From the NCBI GenBank assembly GCA_965221695.1, contig OZ244905.1:2189384-2253383 (forward strand): DNA of 64,000 bases, written 5' to 3'. Source of the stretch: Gammaproteobacteria bacterium (GTDB taxonomy: Bacteria > Pseudomonadota > Gammaproteobacteria > Eutrophobiales > Eutrophobiaceae). Below are positions 10,627-19,514 of the stretch, piece after piece. A program made the position numbers and the translations under genes. Under the pieces are notes generated by a model that was given only the letters and a program-made list of their open reading frames with translations, was not told where the DNA came from and ran no database searches. Numbering within the stretch: the first letter of the stretch is position 1; every line of letters begins with the position of its first letter.

Positions 10627-11700
10627 ATGCACAGTGTTGTAACCCCCCCGGATTTTCGGCTGCCGCCGGAACAGGTTCCCGAGACGGTTGTCGAACACCT
10701 CGCGAATGAGGAGCGGGACGCGTGTATGCGTCAGATCAAGCGGCTGCTGCGGGAACAGAATGCCGTATTGGTCGCGCATTACTACACTGACCCGGATCTG
10801 CAACGGCTCGCGGATGAAACCGGCGGCCATGTATCCGATTCCCTGGATATGGCGCGCTTTGGCCACGAATCCGACGCGACCACGCTGGTCGTCTGCGGCG
10901 TGCGTTTCATGGGCGAGACGGCAAAGATACTGAACCCGGAAAAACGGGTGCTGATGCCGGAACTGCAAGCTGATTGCTCCTTGGACCTGGGTTGCCCCGG
11001 TGACGCGTTCAACGCCTTTTGCGACAGCTATCCGGACCGTACCGTCGTGGTCTATGCCAATACCAGCGCCGCAGTGAAAGCGCGCGCCGACTGGATGGTC
11101 ACGTCTGGCAGCGCGGTGGAAGTGGTCAGACACCTGGCGGAACAAGGAGAAAAAATCATCTGGGCGCCGGATAAGTACCTGGGCGAATATGTGCGTGAGC
11201 AATCCGGCGCGGACATGATGTTATGGCAAGGTAGTTGCATCGTCCACGAGGAGTTCAAGGGCAGGGAGCTGGGAGAACTGAGACAAAAACACCCCGCCGC
11301 CAAGGTATTGGCGCACCCGGAATCACCGGCCCCGGTCATTGCCCAGGCCGACGTGGTCAGTTCCACCACGGGCATCATCAAGGCGGCGACCGAACTGGCG
11401 TCCGATACGTTCATTGTCGCAACCGATAAGGGCATCTTCTACAAGATGCAACAGGCCGCGCCGGACAAGACCTTTATCGAAGCGCCCACAGCCGGCCGGG
11501 GAGCCACCTGCAAAAGTTGCGGCCACTGCCCGTGGATGGCGATGAACAGCCTGACAAAGCTGCTGGAAACACTCCGTTCGGGCGCCAACGAGGTATTTGT
11601 CGAAAAGGAGATCATCGAACGCGCCCGCATACCGATAGAGCGGCTGCTGAACTTTGCCGCGCAACGCAAACAGGTCATCTACGGCAACAGCGACGCCTGA
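10627..11700 (+). CDS. nadA: Quinolinate synthase A
   Basis: The product is colinear with E. coli NadA ([52 protein letters not shown]). Starting at MHSVV matches the E. coli N-terminus. A longer ORF from 10576 is possible. Confidence 0.9.
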   Translation: MHSVVTPPDFRLPPEQVPETVVEHLANEERDACMRQIKRLLREQNAVLVAHYYTDPDLQRLADETGGHVSDSLDMARFGHESDATTLVVCGVRFMGETAKILNPEKRVLMPELQADCSLDLGCPGDAFNAFCDSYPDRTVVVYANTSAAVKARADWMVTSGSAVEVVRHLAEQGEKIIWAPDKYLGEYVREQSGADMMLWQGSCIVHEEFKGRELGELRQKHPAAKVLAHPESPAPVIAQADVVSSTTGIIKAATELASDTFIVATDKGIFYKMQQAAPDKTFIEAPTAGRGATCKSCGHCPWMAMNSLTKLLETLRSGANEVFVEKEIIERARIPIERLLNFAAQRKQVIYGNSDA

Positions 11701-11742
11701 CCCAAGCGTCATAATCGCACCGCCCAGATTTTTTCCGTTTTT

Positions 11743-11758
11743 TGTGAGTTTTATCACA
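11743..11758. promoter_or_regulatory. CRP/Vfr-type binding site candidate
   Basis: TGTGA-GTTTTA-TCACA matches the TGTGA-N6-TCACA consensus exactly. It sits in the nadA-yebC intergenic region. Confidence 0.4.
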
Positions 11759-11816
11759 AAAACGCGAAAGTTTTCTTTGCCGAACAGAACATCTTTTCTC
11801 AGAATGGGCTGATAAA

Positions 11817-11849
11817 AAACCCGTCCCCCTAAGGAGACGGGTTTATTCT
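11817..11849. terminator. Hairpin with flanking A/T tracts, a candidate bidirectional terminator
   Basis: AAACCCGTC...GACGGGTTT is followed by ATTCT on the plus strand and by a T-run on the minus strand. Confidence 0.45.
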
Positions 11850-11947
11850 GCCCAGGTGGTGAAATCGGCAAACACAGGGGACTGCCACTCCCCCGGCCTC
11901 TGTAGCGAAACCTACATGCCTTACGGGTTCGAGCCCCGTCCTGGGCA
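11850..11947 (+). ncRNA. tRNA-shaped structured RNA element, copy 1 (class-II-like long variable arm, anticodon loop CU-GCC-AC)
   Basis: It has a 7 bp acceptor stem (GCCCAGG/CCTGGGC), U8, a D-loop with GG, an anticodon stem GGGGA/TCCCC with a 7 nt loop (U33, A37), a 29 nt variable arm (TGTAG/CTACA stem), a T-arm ACGGG-TTCGAGC-CCCGT and discriminator A. CCA is not encoded directly. Confidence 0.45.
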
Positions 11948-12006
11948 CACCATAGGCGCCAACAGCCATTATCGTGGCCGGCGCAGGACTTGTCAATATG
12001 ATAAAA

Positions 12007-12039
12007 AAACCCGTCCCCCGAAAGGGACGGGTTTATTCT
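12007..12039. terminator. Hairpin with flanking A/T tracts (second copy)
   Basis: The 11 bp perfect stem AAACCCGTCCC / GGGACGGGTTT has loop CCGAAA. Loop changes relative to copy 1 preserve the stem. Confidence 0.45.
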
Positions 12040-12137
12040 GCCCAGGTGGTGAAAACGGTAAACACAGGGGACTGTCACTCCCCCGGCCTCTGTAGTCAGA
12101 CCTACATGCCTTACGGGTTCGAGCCCCGTCCTGGGCA
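12040..12137 (+). ncRNA. tRNA-shaped structured RNA element, copy 2 (anticodon loop CU-GUC-AC)
   Basis: The architecture is the same as copy 1. The six substitutions relative to copy 1 all fall in the D-loop, anticodon loop and variable-arm loop. All stems are identical. Confidence 0.45.
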
Positions 12138-12296
12138 CACCATAGGCGCCAACAGCCATTATCGTAGCCGTACAGGGGGCTGTCAACAACATTTCGCGTA
12201 CAGAAATCCGCGCGCAATATATCAAGATATGCGTCTGCCCTGACTTGAATTATAAAACCATAAATGGGAACATTCCGTTAAAACCCGGAAAGAGAT

Positions 12297-13043
12297 ATGG
12301 CAGGACACAGCAAGTGGGCGAACATCCAGCATCGCAAGGGCCGACAGGACGCCAAGCGAGGTAAATTATTCAGCAGGTTGATCCGCGAGGTCACGGTATC
12401 CGCCCGGCTCGGCGGCCCCGACCCGGACGGTAACCCGAGGTTGCGCGCGGCCATCGACAATGCGCTGGCCGGCAACATGCCCAAGGACACCATCGAACGG
12501 GCTGTGAAGCGCGGCGCGGGCGGCGCGGAAGGCGAAAGCCTGGAAGAAGTGCGCTACGAAGGATACGGACCGGGCGGGGTCGCGGTAATGGTTGATTGCA
12601 TGACTGACAACCGTAACCGCACTGTCGCTGAGGTGCGGCACGCCTTCTCCAAATGTGGCGGCAATCTTGGCACTGACGGTTCCGTCGCATACCTGTTTTC
12701 CAAGGTTGGGCAGCTTTCCTACCCGTCTGGCACCGATGATGACGCCTTGTTGGAGGCTGCGTTGGAAGCGGGCGCGGAGGATATTGCAAACAATGATGAC
12801 GGAACCGTTGACGTCTTGACCACACCGGAAGACTTTCTCGACGTCAGGGACAGCTTGGTTGAGACAGGTTTCCCGCCCGATGCCGCAGAGGTAACGATGC
12901 GCGCGGCAACCGGGCAGACGCTGGACTTGCGTGGCGCGCAGACCATGACGTTGCTACTGGACACGCTGGAAGACCTGAACGATGTGCAGAAAGTGTATTC
13001 CAACGCGGATATTCCCGATGAAATCCTGGCCCAGCTTGATTGA
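12297..13043 (+). CDS. yebC: YebC/PmpR family DNA-binding transcriptional regulator
   Basis: The N-terminus reads [32 protein letters not shown]. The classic yebC-ruvC linkage is present. Confidence 0.95.
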   Translation: MAGHSKWANIQHRKGRQDAKRGKLFSRLIREVTVSARLGGPDPDGNPRLRAAIDNALAGNMPKDTIERAVKRGAGGAEGESLEEVRYEGYGPGGVAVMVDCMTDNRNRTVAEVRHAFSKCGGNLGTDGSVAYLFSKVGQLSYPSGTDDDALLEAALEAGAEDIANNDDGTVDVLTTPEDFLDVRDSLVETGFPPDAAEVTMRAATGQTLDLRGAQTMTLLLDTLEDLNDVQKVYSNADIPDEILAQLD

Positions 13044-13089
13044 CTGTGGAACTGGCGCGCGCCAGGCGGCGCGCAAACGTTGACAACCC

Positions 13090-13635
13090 ATGACTGATAC
13101 CGGCGTCAGGCGCGAAACGATACGAATTCTCGGCATTGACCCCGGGTCTTTGCATACCGGGTACGGTCTCATCGACATGGACGGAAATCGGGCCGTGCAT
13201 GTCGCGCACGGCCAGATAACAACCCAGGCAGGAGAGTTGTCCGATAAACTGCGTCAGATCTTCCGCGGCATCAGCTCGGCAATCAGCGAATTCGAGCCGG
13301 ACGAATGCGCGGTGGAAAAAGTCTTCATGTATCGCAATGCCGATTCGGCGCTGAAACTGGGACAGTCGCGCGGCGCCGCCATCACCGTTTGCGCCGAGCG
13401 TAACCTGCCAGTGTTTGAATATACGGCCAACCAGGTCAAACAGGCCACCGTGGGCAAAGGTCATGCGGAGAAAGCTCAGGTGCAATACATGGTCAAAGTC
13501 CTGTTATGCCTGGCCAGCATTCCCCAGTCGGATGCCGCGGACGCGCTGGCGGTCGCCCTGTGCCATGGGCATTCGCGGGAGAACCTGTTGCGCCTCAAGC
13601 AAGTTTCAACGGCCCGGCCGGGACGCTCCCTGTGA
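13090..13635 (+). CDS. ruvC: Crossover junction endodeoxyribonuclease RuvC
   Basis: The product has ILGIDPGS, EKVFMYRNADSALKLGQSRG and DAADALAVALCH motifs. Confidence 0.9.
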   Translation: MTDTGVRRETIRILGIDPGSLHTGYGLIDMDGNRAVHVAHGQITTQAGELSDKLRQIFRGISSAISEFEPDECAVEKVFMYRNADSALKLGQSRGAAITVCAERNLPVFEYTANQVKQATVGKGHAEKAQVQYMVKVLLCLASIPQSDAADALAVALCHGHSRENLLRLKQVSTARPGRSL

Positions 13636-14246
13636 TCGGTTTTTTGCGCGGCAGGATAGTGACAAAACAACCGCCAGGATTGCTCCTGGATGTGCATGGG
13701 ATTGGCTACGAACTGGAGGCGTCGATGAATACGTTCTACCAGTTGCCGGACCCAGGCGAGGAAGTCGAACTCCTGACTCACCTGTCGGTACGAGAAGATT
13801 CCCATACTCTGTACGGCTTCAGCAGCGAGGATGAGCGCGGCCTGTTCCGCGCGCTGATCAAGGTCAATGGGGTGGGAGCCAAAATGGCGTTGACGATCCT
13901 ATCGGGAATCAGCGCGGCGGAGTTCGGAGATTGTATCGAAATGGGCGATGCGGTCCGGCTTCAGCGTCTGCCGGGCGTGGGAAAAAAGACCGCGCAGCGG
14001 CTCATTGTGGAACTGCGCGACCGTCCGGATGACTGGCGCATCGCCGGCGCGCCTGGTAAGGATGCCGACGGACCCCGTTCCAGGGCTGTTGACCCGGTCA
14101 ACGAGGCGGTAAGCGCCTTGATTACCCTGGGCTACAGGCCCCAGGAGGCCAGTCGCATGGCGCTTCGGGCTGCTGAGGATATGGGCGCCGACGATATGAA
14201 TAGCGAAGCCCTGATCCGCTCTGCCTTGAAGGCCGCGCTGATGTGA
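13632..14246 (+). CDS. ruvA: Holliday junction DNA helicase RuvA
   Basis: A GTG start overlaps the ruvC stop (GTGA). The product reads (V)IGFLRGRIV...[14 protein letters not shown]...[16 protein letters not shown]. Confidence 0.9.
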   Translation: MIGFLRGRIVTKQPPGLLLDVHGIGYELEASMNTFYQLPDPGEEVELLTHLSVREDSHTLYGFSSEDERGLFRALIKVNGVGAKMALTILSGISAAEFGDCIEMGDAVRLQRLPGVGKKTAQRLIVELRDRPDDWRIAGAPGKDADGPRSRAVDPVNEAVSALITLGYRPQEASRMALRAAEDMGADDMNSEALIRSALKAALM

Positions 14247-14260
14247 AAGCGGGCGCGAGT

Positions 14261-15313
14261 ATGAGCGAACCCAATCCGGTTATTTCAGCGCGCAGCTCAG
14301 CGGAAGACGTCGCCGCGGAAAATACCTTGCGGCCGCGCCGTCTCAGCGATTATCGCGGCCAGCCCGTGGCGCGCGAACAGATGGAAATTTTCGTCAGCGC
14401 CGCCAGACAACGATCCGAGGCCATGGATCACGTGCTGATTTTCGGTCCTCCCGGCCTTGGAAAAACGACCCTGGCGCATATTATTGCCAATGAACTGGGC
14501 GTGAACTTGCGCCAGACTTCAGGCCCGGTGCTGGAACGCCCCGGCGACCTGGCGGCGCTGCTGACCAACCTGGAACACAGAGATGTGTTGTTTATCGACG
14601 AAATTCACCGATTGAGCCCGGTGGTGGAGGAGATTCTCTACCCGGCGATGGAGGATTACCAGATAGACATCATGATCGGAGAAGGGCCGGCGGCGCGGGC
14701 CATCAAACTGGATGTCCCGCACTTTACGCTGGTCGGCGCCACCACTCGGGCGGGCCTGCTGACGTCCCCCCTGCGCGACCGTTTCGGCATCGTGCAGAGA
14801 CTGGAGTTTTATTCCATTGAAGACCTGGCCGATATCGTGATGCGTTCAGCGAAAATCCTGGGTGTGCCTACGGTCCCGGCGGGCGCCAGCGCTATCGCCG
14901 CCCGCGCCCGCGGGACACCGCGAATTGCCAATCGCCTGTTGCGTCGGGCGCGTGATTACAGCGAAGTCAAGGAGGACGGCAGCATCAGCGAAGCGACCGC
15001 TTCCCGCGCCTTGGATATGCTGAATGTAGACGGCTCCGGGTTTGACATGATGGATCGCAAATTGCTGCTGGCCATCATAGAGAAATTCGACGGCGGGCCG
15101 GTAGGGATAGACAGCATTGCCGCGGCGCTGGGAGAAGTCAAGGATACGATAGAAGACGTCATAGAACCTTATCTGATACAACAGGGCTTCATAATACGCA
15201 CGGCCCGCGGCCGCATGGCAACCCGACATGCCTGGACACATTTCGGCCTGCCCGTGCCGAAAAGTCGAATGGTTGAGGAGGATTTATTTGATCAAATCGA
15301 CACGGATGGATAA
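14261..15313 (+). CDS. ruvB: Holliday junction DNA helicase RuvB
   Basis: The product has a Walker A motif ([11 protein letters not shown]) and is colinear with E. coli RuvB. An upstream GTG at 14243 is an alternative start. Confidence 0.95.
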   Translation: MSEPNPVISARSSAEDVAAENTLRPRRLSDYRGQPVAREQMEIFVSAARQRSEAMDHVLIFGPPGLGKTTLAHIIANELGVNLRQTSGPVLERPGDLAALLTNLEHRDVLFIDEIHRLSPVVEEILYPAMEDYQIDIMIGEGPAARAIKLDVPHFTLVGATTRAGLLTSPLRDRFGIVQRLEFYSIEDLADIVMRSAKILGVPTVPAGASAIAARARGTPRIANRLLRRARDYSEVKEDGSISEATASRALDMLNVDGSGFDMMDRKLLLAIIEKFDGGPVGIDSIAAALGEVKDTIEDVIEPYLIQQGFIIRTARGRMATRHAWTHFGLPVPKSRMVEEDLFDQIDTDG

Positions 15314-15379
15314 TCTTAACGGCGTTACAACGTTACAGACAAAACCCCATGCCCCAATCAATCATTACGGACTCTAATC

Positions 15380-16054
15380 ATGACTCCTGACATGTCTTTT
15401 TTTCACCTGATTGTCAATGCCAGTATTCCGGTACAGGCAGTCATGCTCATGCTCGTCGTCGCTTCCATCATGTCCTGGACGATGATATTCAAAAAACGCG
15501 TCACGCTGAACCAGGCCAAGCGCGCAGCCGACGCATTCGAGGAGCAATTCTGGTCGCTGGATGAGTTGACCCCCCTGTATGAGCGCATTAATCGGCAGCG
15601 CCATGAAGCCAGCGGTATGGAACTCCTGTTTGAGGCCGGCTTCAGGGAGTTTGTGCGCCTCCAGAAAAACAGCGGCGTGGTCGCGGAGGCGATCATGGAA
15701 GGGTCGCAGCGCGCGATGCGGGTTGCGCTCAACAGAGAACTTGAAGAGTTGGAGGCGCACCTGTCATTTCTTGCCACCGTGGGCTCAACCAGTCCCTATG
15801 TGGGCCTGTTCGGCACGGTATGGGGCATCATGAACAGTTTCCGCGCGCTGGGGAATGTGCAGCAAGCGTCGATTTCAATGGTGGCGCCAGGCATTGCCGA
15901 GGCCTTGATCGCGACGGCAATGGGCTTGTTTGCCGCAATCCCGGCGGTGATAGCCTATAATCGCTTTTCCAATGACGTGGAACGGTTAATCAACCGCTAC
16001 GATACGTTTATTGAAGAGTTTTCTGCGATACTCCATCGCCAGGCGCACGGTTGA
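15380..16054 (+). CDS. tolQ: Tol-Pal system protein TolQ
   Basis: The product is a MotA/TolQ/ExbB family member and lies in tolQRAB-pal order. Confidence 0.9.
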   Translation: MTPDMSFFHLIVNASIPVQAVMLMLVVASIMSWTMIFKKRVTLNQAKRAADAFEEQFWSLDELTPLYERINRQRHEASGMELLFEAGFREFVRLQKNSGVVAEAIMEGSQRAMRVALNRELEELEAHLSFLATVGSTSPYVGLFGTVWGIMNSFRALGNVQQASISMVAPGIAEALIATAMGLFAAIPAVIAYNRFSNDVERLINRYDTFIEEFSAILHRQAHG

Positions 16055-16061
16055 AGCGGCT

Positions 16062-16490
16062 ATGATGCGTTCCCGAATCCGCAAACGCCCCATGTCCGAG
16101 ATCAACGTTGTGCCCTATATCGACGTGATGCTGGTATTGCTGATCATCTTCATGATCACGGCGCCGCTGCTCAGCCAGGGAGTAAAGATAGATCTGCCGC
16201 AAGTCCCCTCGGAACCATTGCCGGCCAGCGACAGCGACCCTGTGATCATCAGTGTGGATGTGGCGGGTAACTTTTTCATCAATTACGGAGAGAATCAGGA
16301 TCAGCCTGTCTCGCCCGAGGTTCTGGTGAACAGAGTTAGCGCGTTGGTTAAATACCGCCCCAAGCTCCCGGTGCTGGTAAAAGGAGATACAGATGTGAAT
16401 TACGGGCGCGTGGTTCAGGCTATGGCGCTGCTGCAAGGCTCTGGCGTGAAAGGCATAGGATTGATCACCGAACCGCCGCCGGAACAATGA
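16062..16490 (+). CDS. tolR: Tol-Pal system protein TolR
   Basis: The product reads SEINVVPYIDVMLVLLIIFMITAPL. The start is ATG at 16062 after the tolQ stop. The ORF-track start at 16011 overlaps tolQ. Confidence 0.9.
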   Translation: MMRSRIRKRPMSEINVVPYIDVMLVLLIIFMITAPLLSQGVKIDLPQVPSEPLPASDSDPVIISVDVAGNFFINYGENQDQPVSPEVLVNRVSALVKYRPKLPVLVKGDTDVNYGRVVQAMALLQGSGVKGIGLITEPPPEQ

Positions 16491-16496
16491 TATGCC

Positions 16497-17381
16497 ATGA
16501 GATTTCTGCCGCTTCGTCCATTTTTATACTCGCTAGCGCTGCATATCTTAGTGATCAGCGCGTTGGTCGTTAATTTTGACACCCGGCGCGCGCCCGTTTT
16601 TAAGCCCAAACCCAGGGAAAACATCGTTGAGGCAGTGACAGTCGATGACCAGGCTGTAGAAAACGAATTGCAACGGCTCAGGGAGCAGGAGCTGGAAAAA
16701 CAGCGAGCCATGGAAAAAAAGCTGAACGAGCTGGAGCAACAAGCCAGCGCCGCGGAAGAGCGACGCAGACAAGAGGAAAAAAAGAAGCAGGCAGCGGAAC
16801 GTAAGCGCAAGGAAGAAGAACAGCGCAAGCGCGAGGCAGAGAAACAGCGTAAGGAAGAAGAACGCAAAACCGCAGCAGAGCGCAAACGCATCGAAGCGGA
16901 CAAACGTAAGGCCGAAGCGGAGCTAAAACGAATAGAAGAAGATAAACGCAAGGCCGAAGCGGAACGCAAACGTATCGAAGAAGAAAAACGCAGGGCCGAG
17001 GCGGAGCGGCAAAAGAGAGCAGAAGAAAAGAAGAAACAAGAGGCGGAAGCTGCGCGGCGCAAACAACTCGCGCAGGAACAGTTGGCGCGGGATAAAATAC
17101 TTCTGCAAAATATCGTCGCGGAAATTTATCAGGCGGTGGTCGGAAACTTTAACAAAACCGGTTTGCCTAAAGGACTGGAATGCGTATTATCAGTGCAAAC
17201 CATACCTGGTGGCGAAGTGATCAACGTGACCATTAATAAACCTAGCGGCAATGAAGTATTTGACAGAAGAGCCGTCACCGCGGTCGAGAAGGCCTCGCCG
17301 TTGCCGTTGCCTTCGGACCCGGCAGTTTTTGAGCGCTTGCGCCTGAGGAAGTTCAATTTCATATTTAAACCCGAGGACTGA
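16497..17381 (+). CDS. tolA: Tol-Pal system protein TolA
   Basis: An N-terminal TM anchor is followed by a K/E/A-rich central domain with about 13 aa tandem repeats (AERKRIEADKRKAEAE x3) and a C-terminal TolA domain. Confidence 0.85.
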   Translation: MRFLPLRPFLYSLALHILVISALVVNFDTRRAPVFKPKPRENIVEAVTVDDQAVENELQRLREQELEKQRAMEKKLNELEQQASAAEERRRQEEKKKQAAERKRKEEEQRKREAEKQRKEEERKTAAERKRIEADKRKAEAELKRIEEDKRKAEAERKRIEEEKRRAEAERQKRAEEKKKQEAEAARRKQLAQEQLARDKILLQNIVAEIYQAVVGNFNKTGLPKGLECVLSVQTIPGGEVINVTINKPSGNEVFDRRAVTAVEKASPLPLPSDPAVFERLRLRKFNFIFKPED

Positions 17382-17385
17382 TAGC

Positions 17386-18690
17386 GTGAGACTCATCGGC
17401 TGCCTGTTCATTCTGTTCCTGTTGCTCTCGATACGGGCGCAGGCCCAGGGTGAACTGGAAATTATTATCGATACCGGCATTGAAAACACCTTACCGGTTG
17501 CGATTATCCCTTTTGGTTGGAACGGGGCGCCCGGCGAACAGCCGATTGATCTGCATACGACCATTGCTAACAACCTGTCAAGAAGTGGACGTTTTGCCAC
17601 TATGAACGTGAACGAAATGCCGCAGCGACCGGTGGAATTCGGACATGTCAGTTTCAGGGACTGGCAATTGCTGCGCATGGAAAACATCGTCATCGGCAAC
17701 CTGACACAGACGCTGTCCGGGGACTACGAGATTGAATTCAGACTGTTGGACGTGTATAAGGCAAGCCAGTTAACCGGATTCCGGCTCAAGTCCACACGCG
17801 CGCAATTGCGCCGGAACGCGCACCGCATCAGCGATATCATCTTTGAAAAACTCACCGGCGTGCGCGGCGCTTTCGATACCCGTATCGCCTACGTAACGGT
17901 GACGCAGGATTCGACCGGACAAGCGCGGCACAGCCTGCAAATCGCTGACGCTGACGGCTTCAATCCGATAACGCTGCTCGAATCGGAGCAGGCGCTGATG
18001 TCGCCGGCCTGGTCGCCGGATGGAAAATATCTCGCCTATGTTTCCTTTGAAGGGAACAACTCCTCGGTCTTCGTACAAAATATCCGCACCGGCCAACGGG
18101 AAGAGGTGGCTGCCCACGCAGGCATCAACAGCGCGCCGGCGTTCTCCCCGGACGGCAGCCGGCTGGCCCTGACCCTGTCAAAAGACGGCAACCCGGAAAT
18201 CTACTTGCTGCGTTTGGCCGATAATACGTTGCAACGCATCACCCGCCACCGCGCCATAGATACCGAACCGAACTGGTCGCCGGACGGCAGCCGGCTTGTT
18301 TTTACCTCCGATCGCGGCGGCACGCCGCAGATCTATGAAATCGACCTGCAAGACGGCGCGCCGAAACGGCTTACTTTCGAGGGATCATATTTCGCACGGC
18401 CGCGTTATTCTCCCTACGGCGCCGGCATTACCATGGTTTACGGGTCTAAAGGAAAGTATCGGATAGCCTATCTCGATCTTGGTAACGGCAGTCTGAGCAT
18501 CCTGACAAATAATCGCTTGGATGAATCCCCCAGTTTTTCCCCCAACGGCAGTATGATCATTTATGCCACCACCGGCCGCTACGGTTCCGAGCTGGCGGCA
18601 GTTTCCGCGGATGGCGAAGTACATCAGCGCCTCGCCCTGCAGGACGGCGAAGTGCGCGAGCCGGCCTGGGGGCCATTTCCATCGGACTGA
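17386..18690 (+). CDS. tolB: Tol-Pal system beta-propeller protein TolB
   Basis: A GTG start and signal peptide are followed by repeated S/W-PDG motifs (WSPDGKYLAYVSF, FSPDGSRLALT, WSPDGSRLVFTSDR). Confidence 0.9.
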   Translation: MRLIGCLFILFLLLSIRAQAQGELEIIIDTGIENTLPVAIIPFGWNGAPGEQPIDLHTTIANNLSRSGRFATMNVNEMPQRPVEFGHVSFRDWQLLRMENIVIGNLTQTLSGDYEIEFRLLDVYKASQLTGFRLKSTRAQLRRNAHRISDIIFEKLTGVRGAFDTRIAYVTVTQDSTGQARHSLQIADADGFNPITLLESEQALMSPAWSPDGKYLAYVSFEGNNSSVFVQNIRTGQREEVAAHAGINSAPAFSPDGSRLALTLSKDGNPEIYLLRLADNTLQRITRHRAIDTEPNWSPDGSRLVFTSDRGGTPQIYEIDLQDGAPKRLTFEGSYFARPRYSPYGAGITMVYGSKGKYRIAYLDLGNGSLSILTNNRLDESPSFSPNGSMIIYATTGRYGSELAAVSADGEVHQRLALQDGEVREPAWGPFPSD

Positions 18691-18954
18691 AATAAGGGCG
18701 TTTTGCGCTCAAATTCGATAAATTACCATAACTCATTGGCAGCAAACATCTATTCGATGCTGACAAGCGAATTGGTAATGAGATATTCGGGTTAATCATA
18801 GGTCTTAATTAAGGAAGCTCTGAACAAGTCCATCCTGGATGTGTCAGAGGCGTGTTATGTTCCTATTGACAATGGATTGTGCTAATCTGTCAGTTATGCC
18901 ATCACTGCCACTGCGCATCAATTGATGAGTAGTTCTGATAATCGGAGATCGCTA

Positions 18955-19503
18955 ATGATAAGACAATTTCTGCTGCTGCTTGTAGTTGGCCTGTTCATCA
19001 CGGCCTGTGCCACCACACCTGAACAGGATCAAGCCCCGGAGGTGGTAGACAAGTCTGACCTGGCCGACAGAACAGATGACGACGCCACTGCAGAAGCCGG
19101 TAGCGAAACACAGACATTCGGCGCGCAAGGAGACCCGGCCACTGCGCTGGAACAACTGGACAATCCGGAAAGCCTGCTGTCTGTGCGCATCATTTATTTT
19201 GACTACGACAGCAGCGCCGTGATCGCGCAATTTGATGAGATCGTCCGCGCCCATGCCGGATTTCTTCAGGCCAATCCTGGAGTGGGTGTCACCCTGGAGG
19301 GACATGCCGATGAGCGCGGGTCACGCGAATACAATCTTGCCTTGGGCGAACGGCGCGCGTTGGCGGTCAAACAGCAGTTGGTTGTGCTGGGCGCCTCCCC
19401 GGGGCAGATCAACACTGTGAGTTACGGAGAAGAGCGACCTGCCGACCCCGGCCACGACGAGCAATCCTGGGGGTTGAACAGACGCGTGGAATTAGTTTAC
19501 TGA
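18955..19503 (+). CDS. pal: Peptidoglycan-associated lipoprotein Pal
   Basis: A lipobox (LFITAC) is followed by an OmpA-like domain (LEGHADERGSREYNLALGERRA). GGAG lies 10 nt upstream of ATG 18955. Confidence 0.9.
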   Translation: MIRQFLLLLVVGLFITACATTPEQDQAPEVVDKSDLADRTDDDATAEAGSETQTFGAQGDPATALEQLDNPESLLSVRIIYFDYDSSAVIAQFDEIVRAHAGFLQANPGVGVTLEGHADERGSREYNLALGERRALAVKQQLVVLGASPGQINTVSYGEERPADPGHDEQSWGLNRRVELVY

Positions 19504-19514
19504 GCCGATAACCG

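Noticed and set aside
11323-12225. 300 aa minus-strand ORF, plus the plus-strand ORFs at 11856-12095 and 11974-12243
   Set aside because: These span the tandem tRNA-like repeats and hairpins. The reading frames are made of repeated nucleotide sequence, and the stems and loops conserved there argue for RNA structure, not protein.
16415-17062. 215 aa minus-strand ORF rich in Ser/Ala/Leu/Arg
   Set aside because: It is the antisense reading of the repetitive K/E/A-rich TolA central domain.
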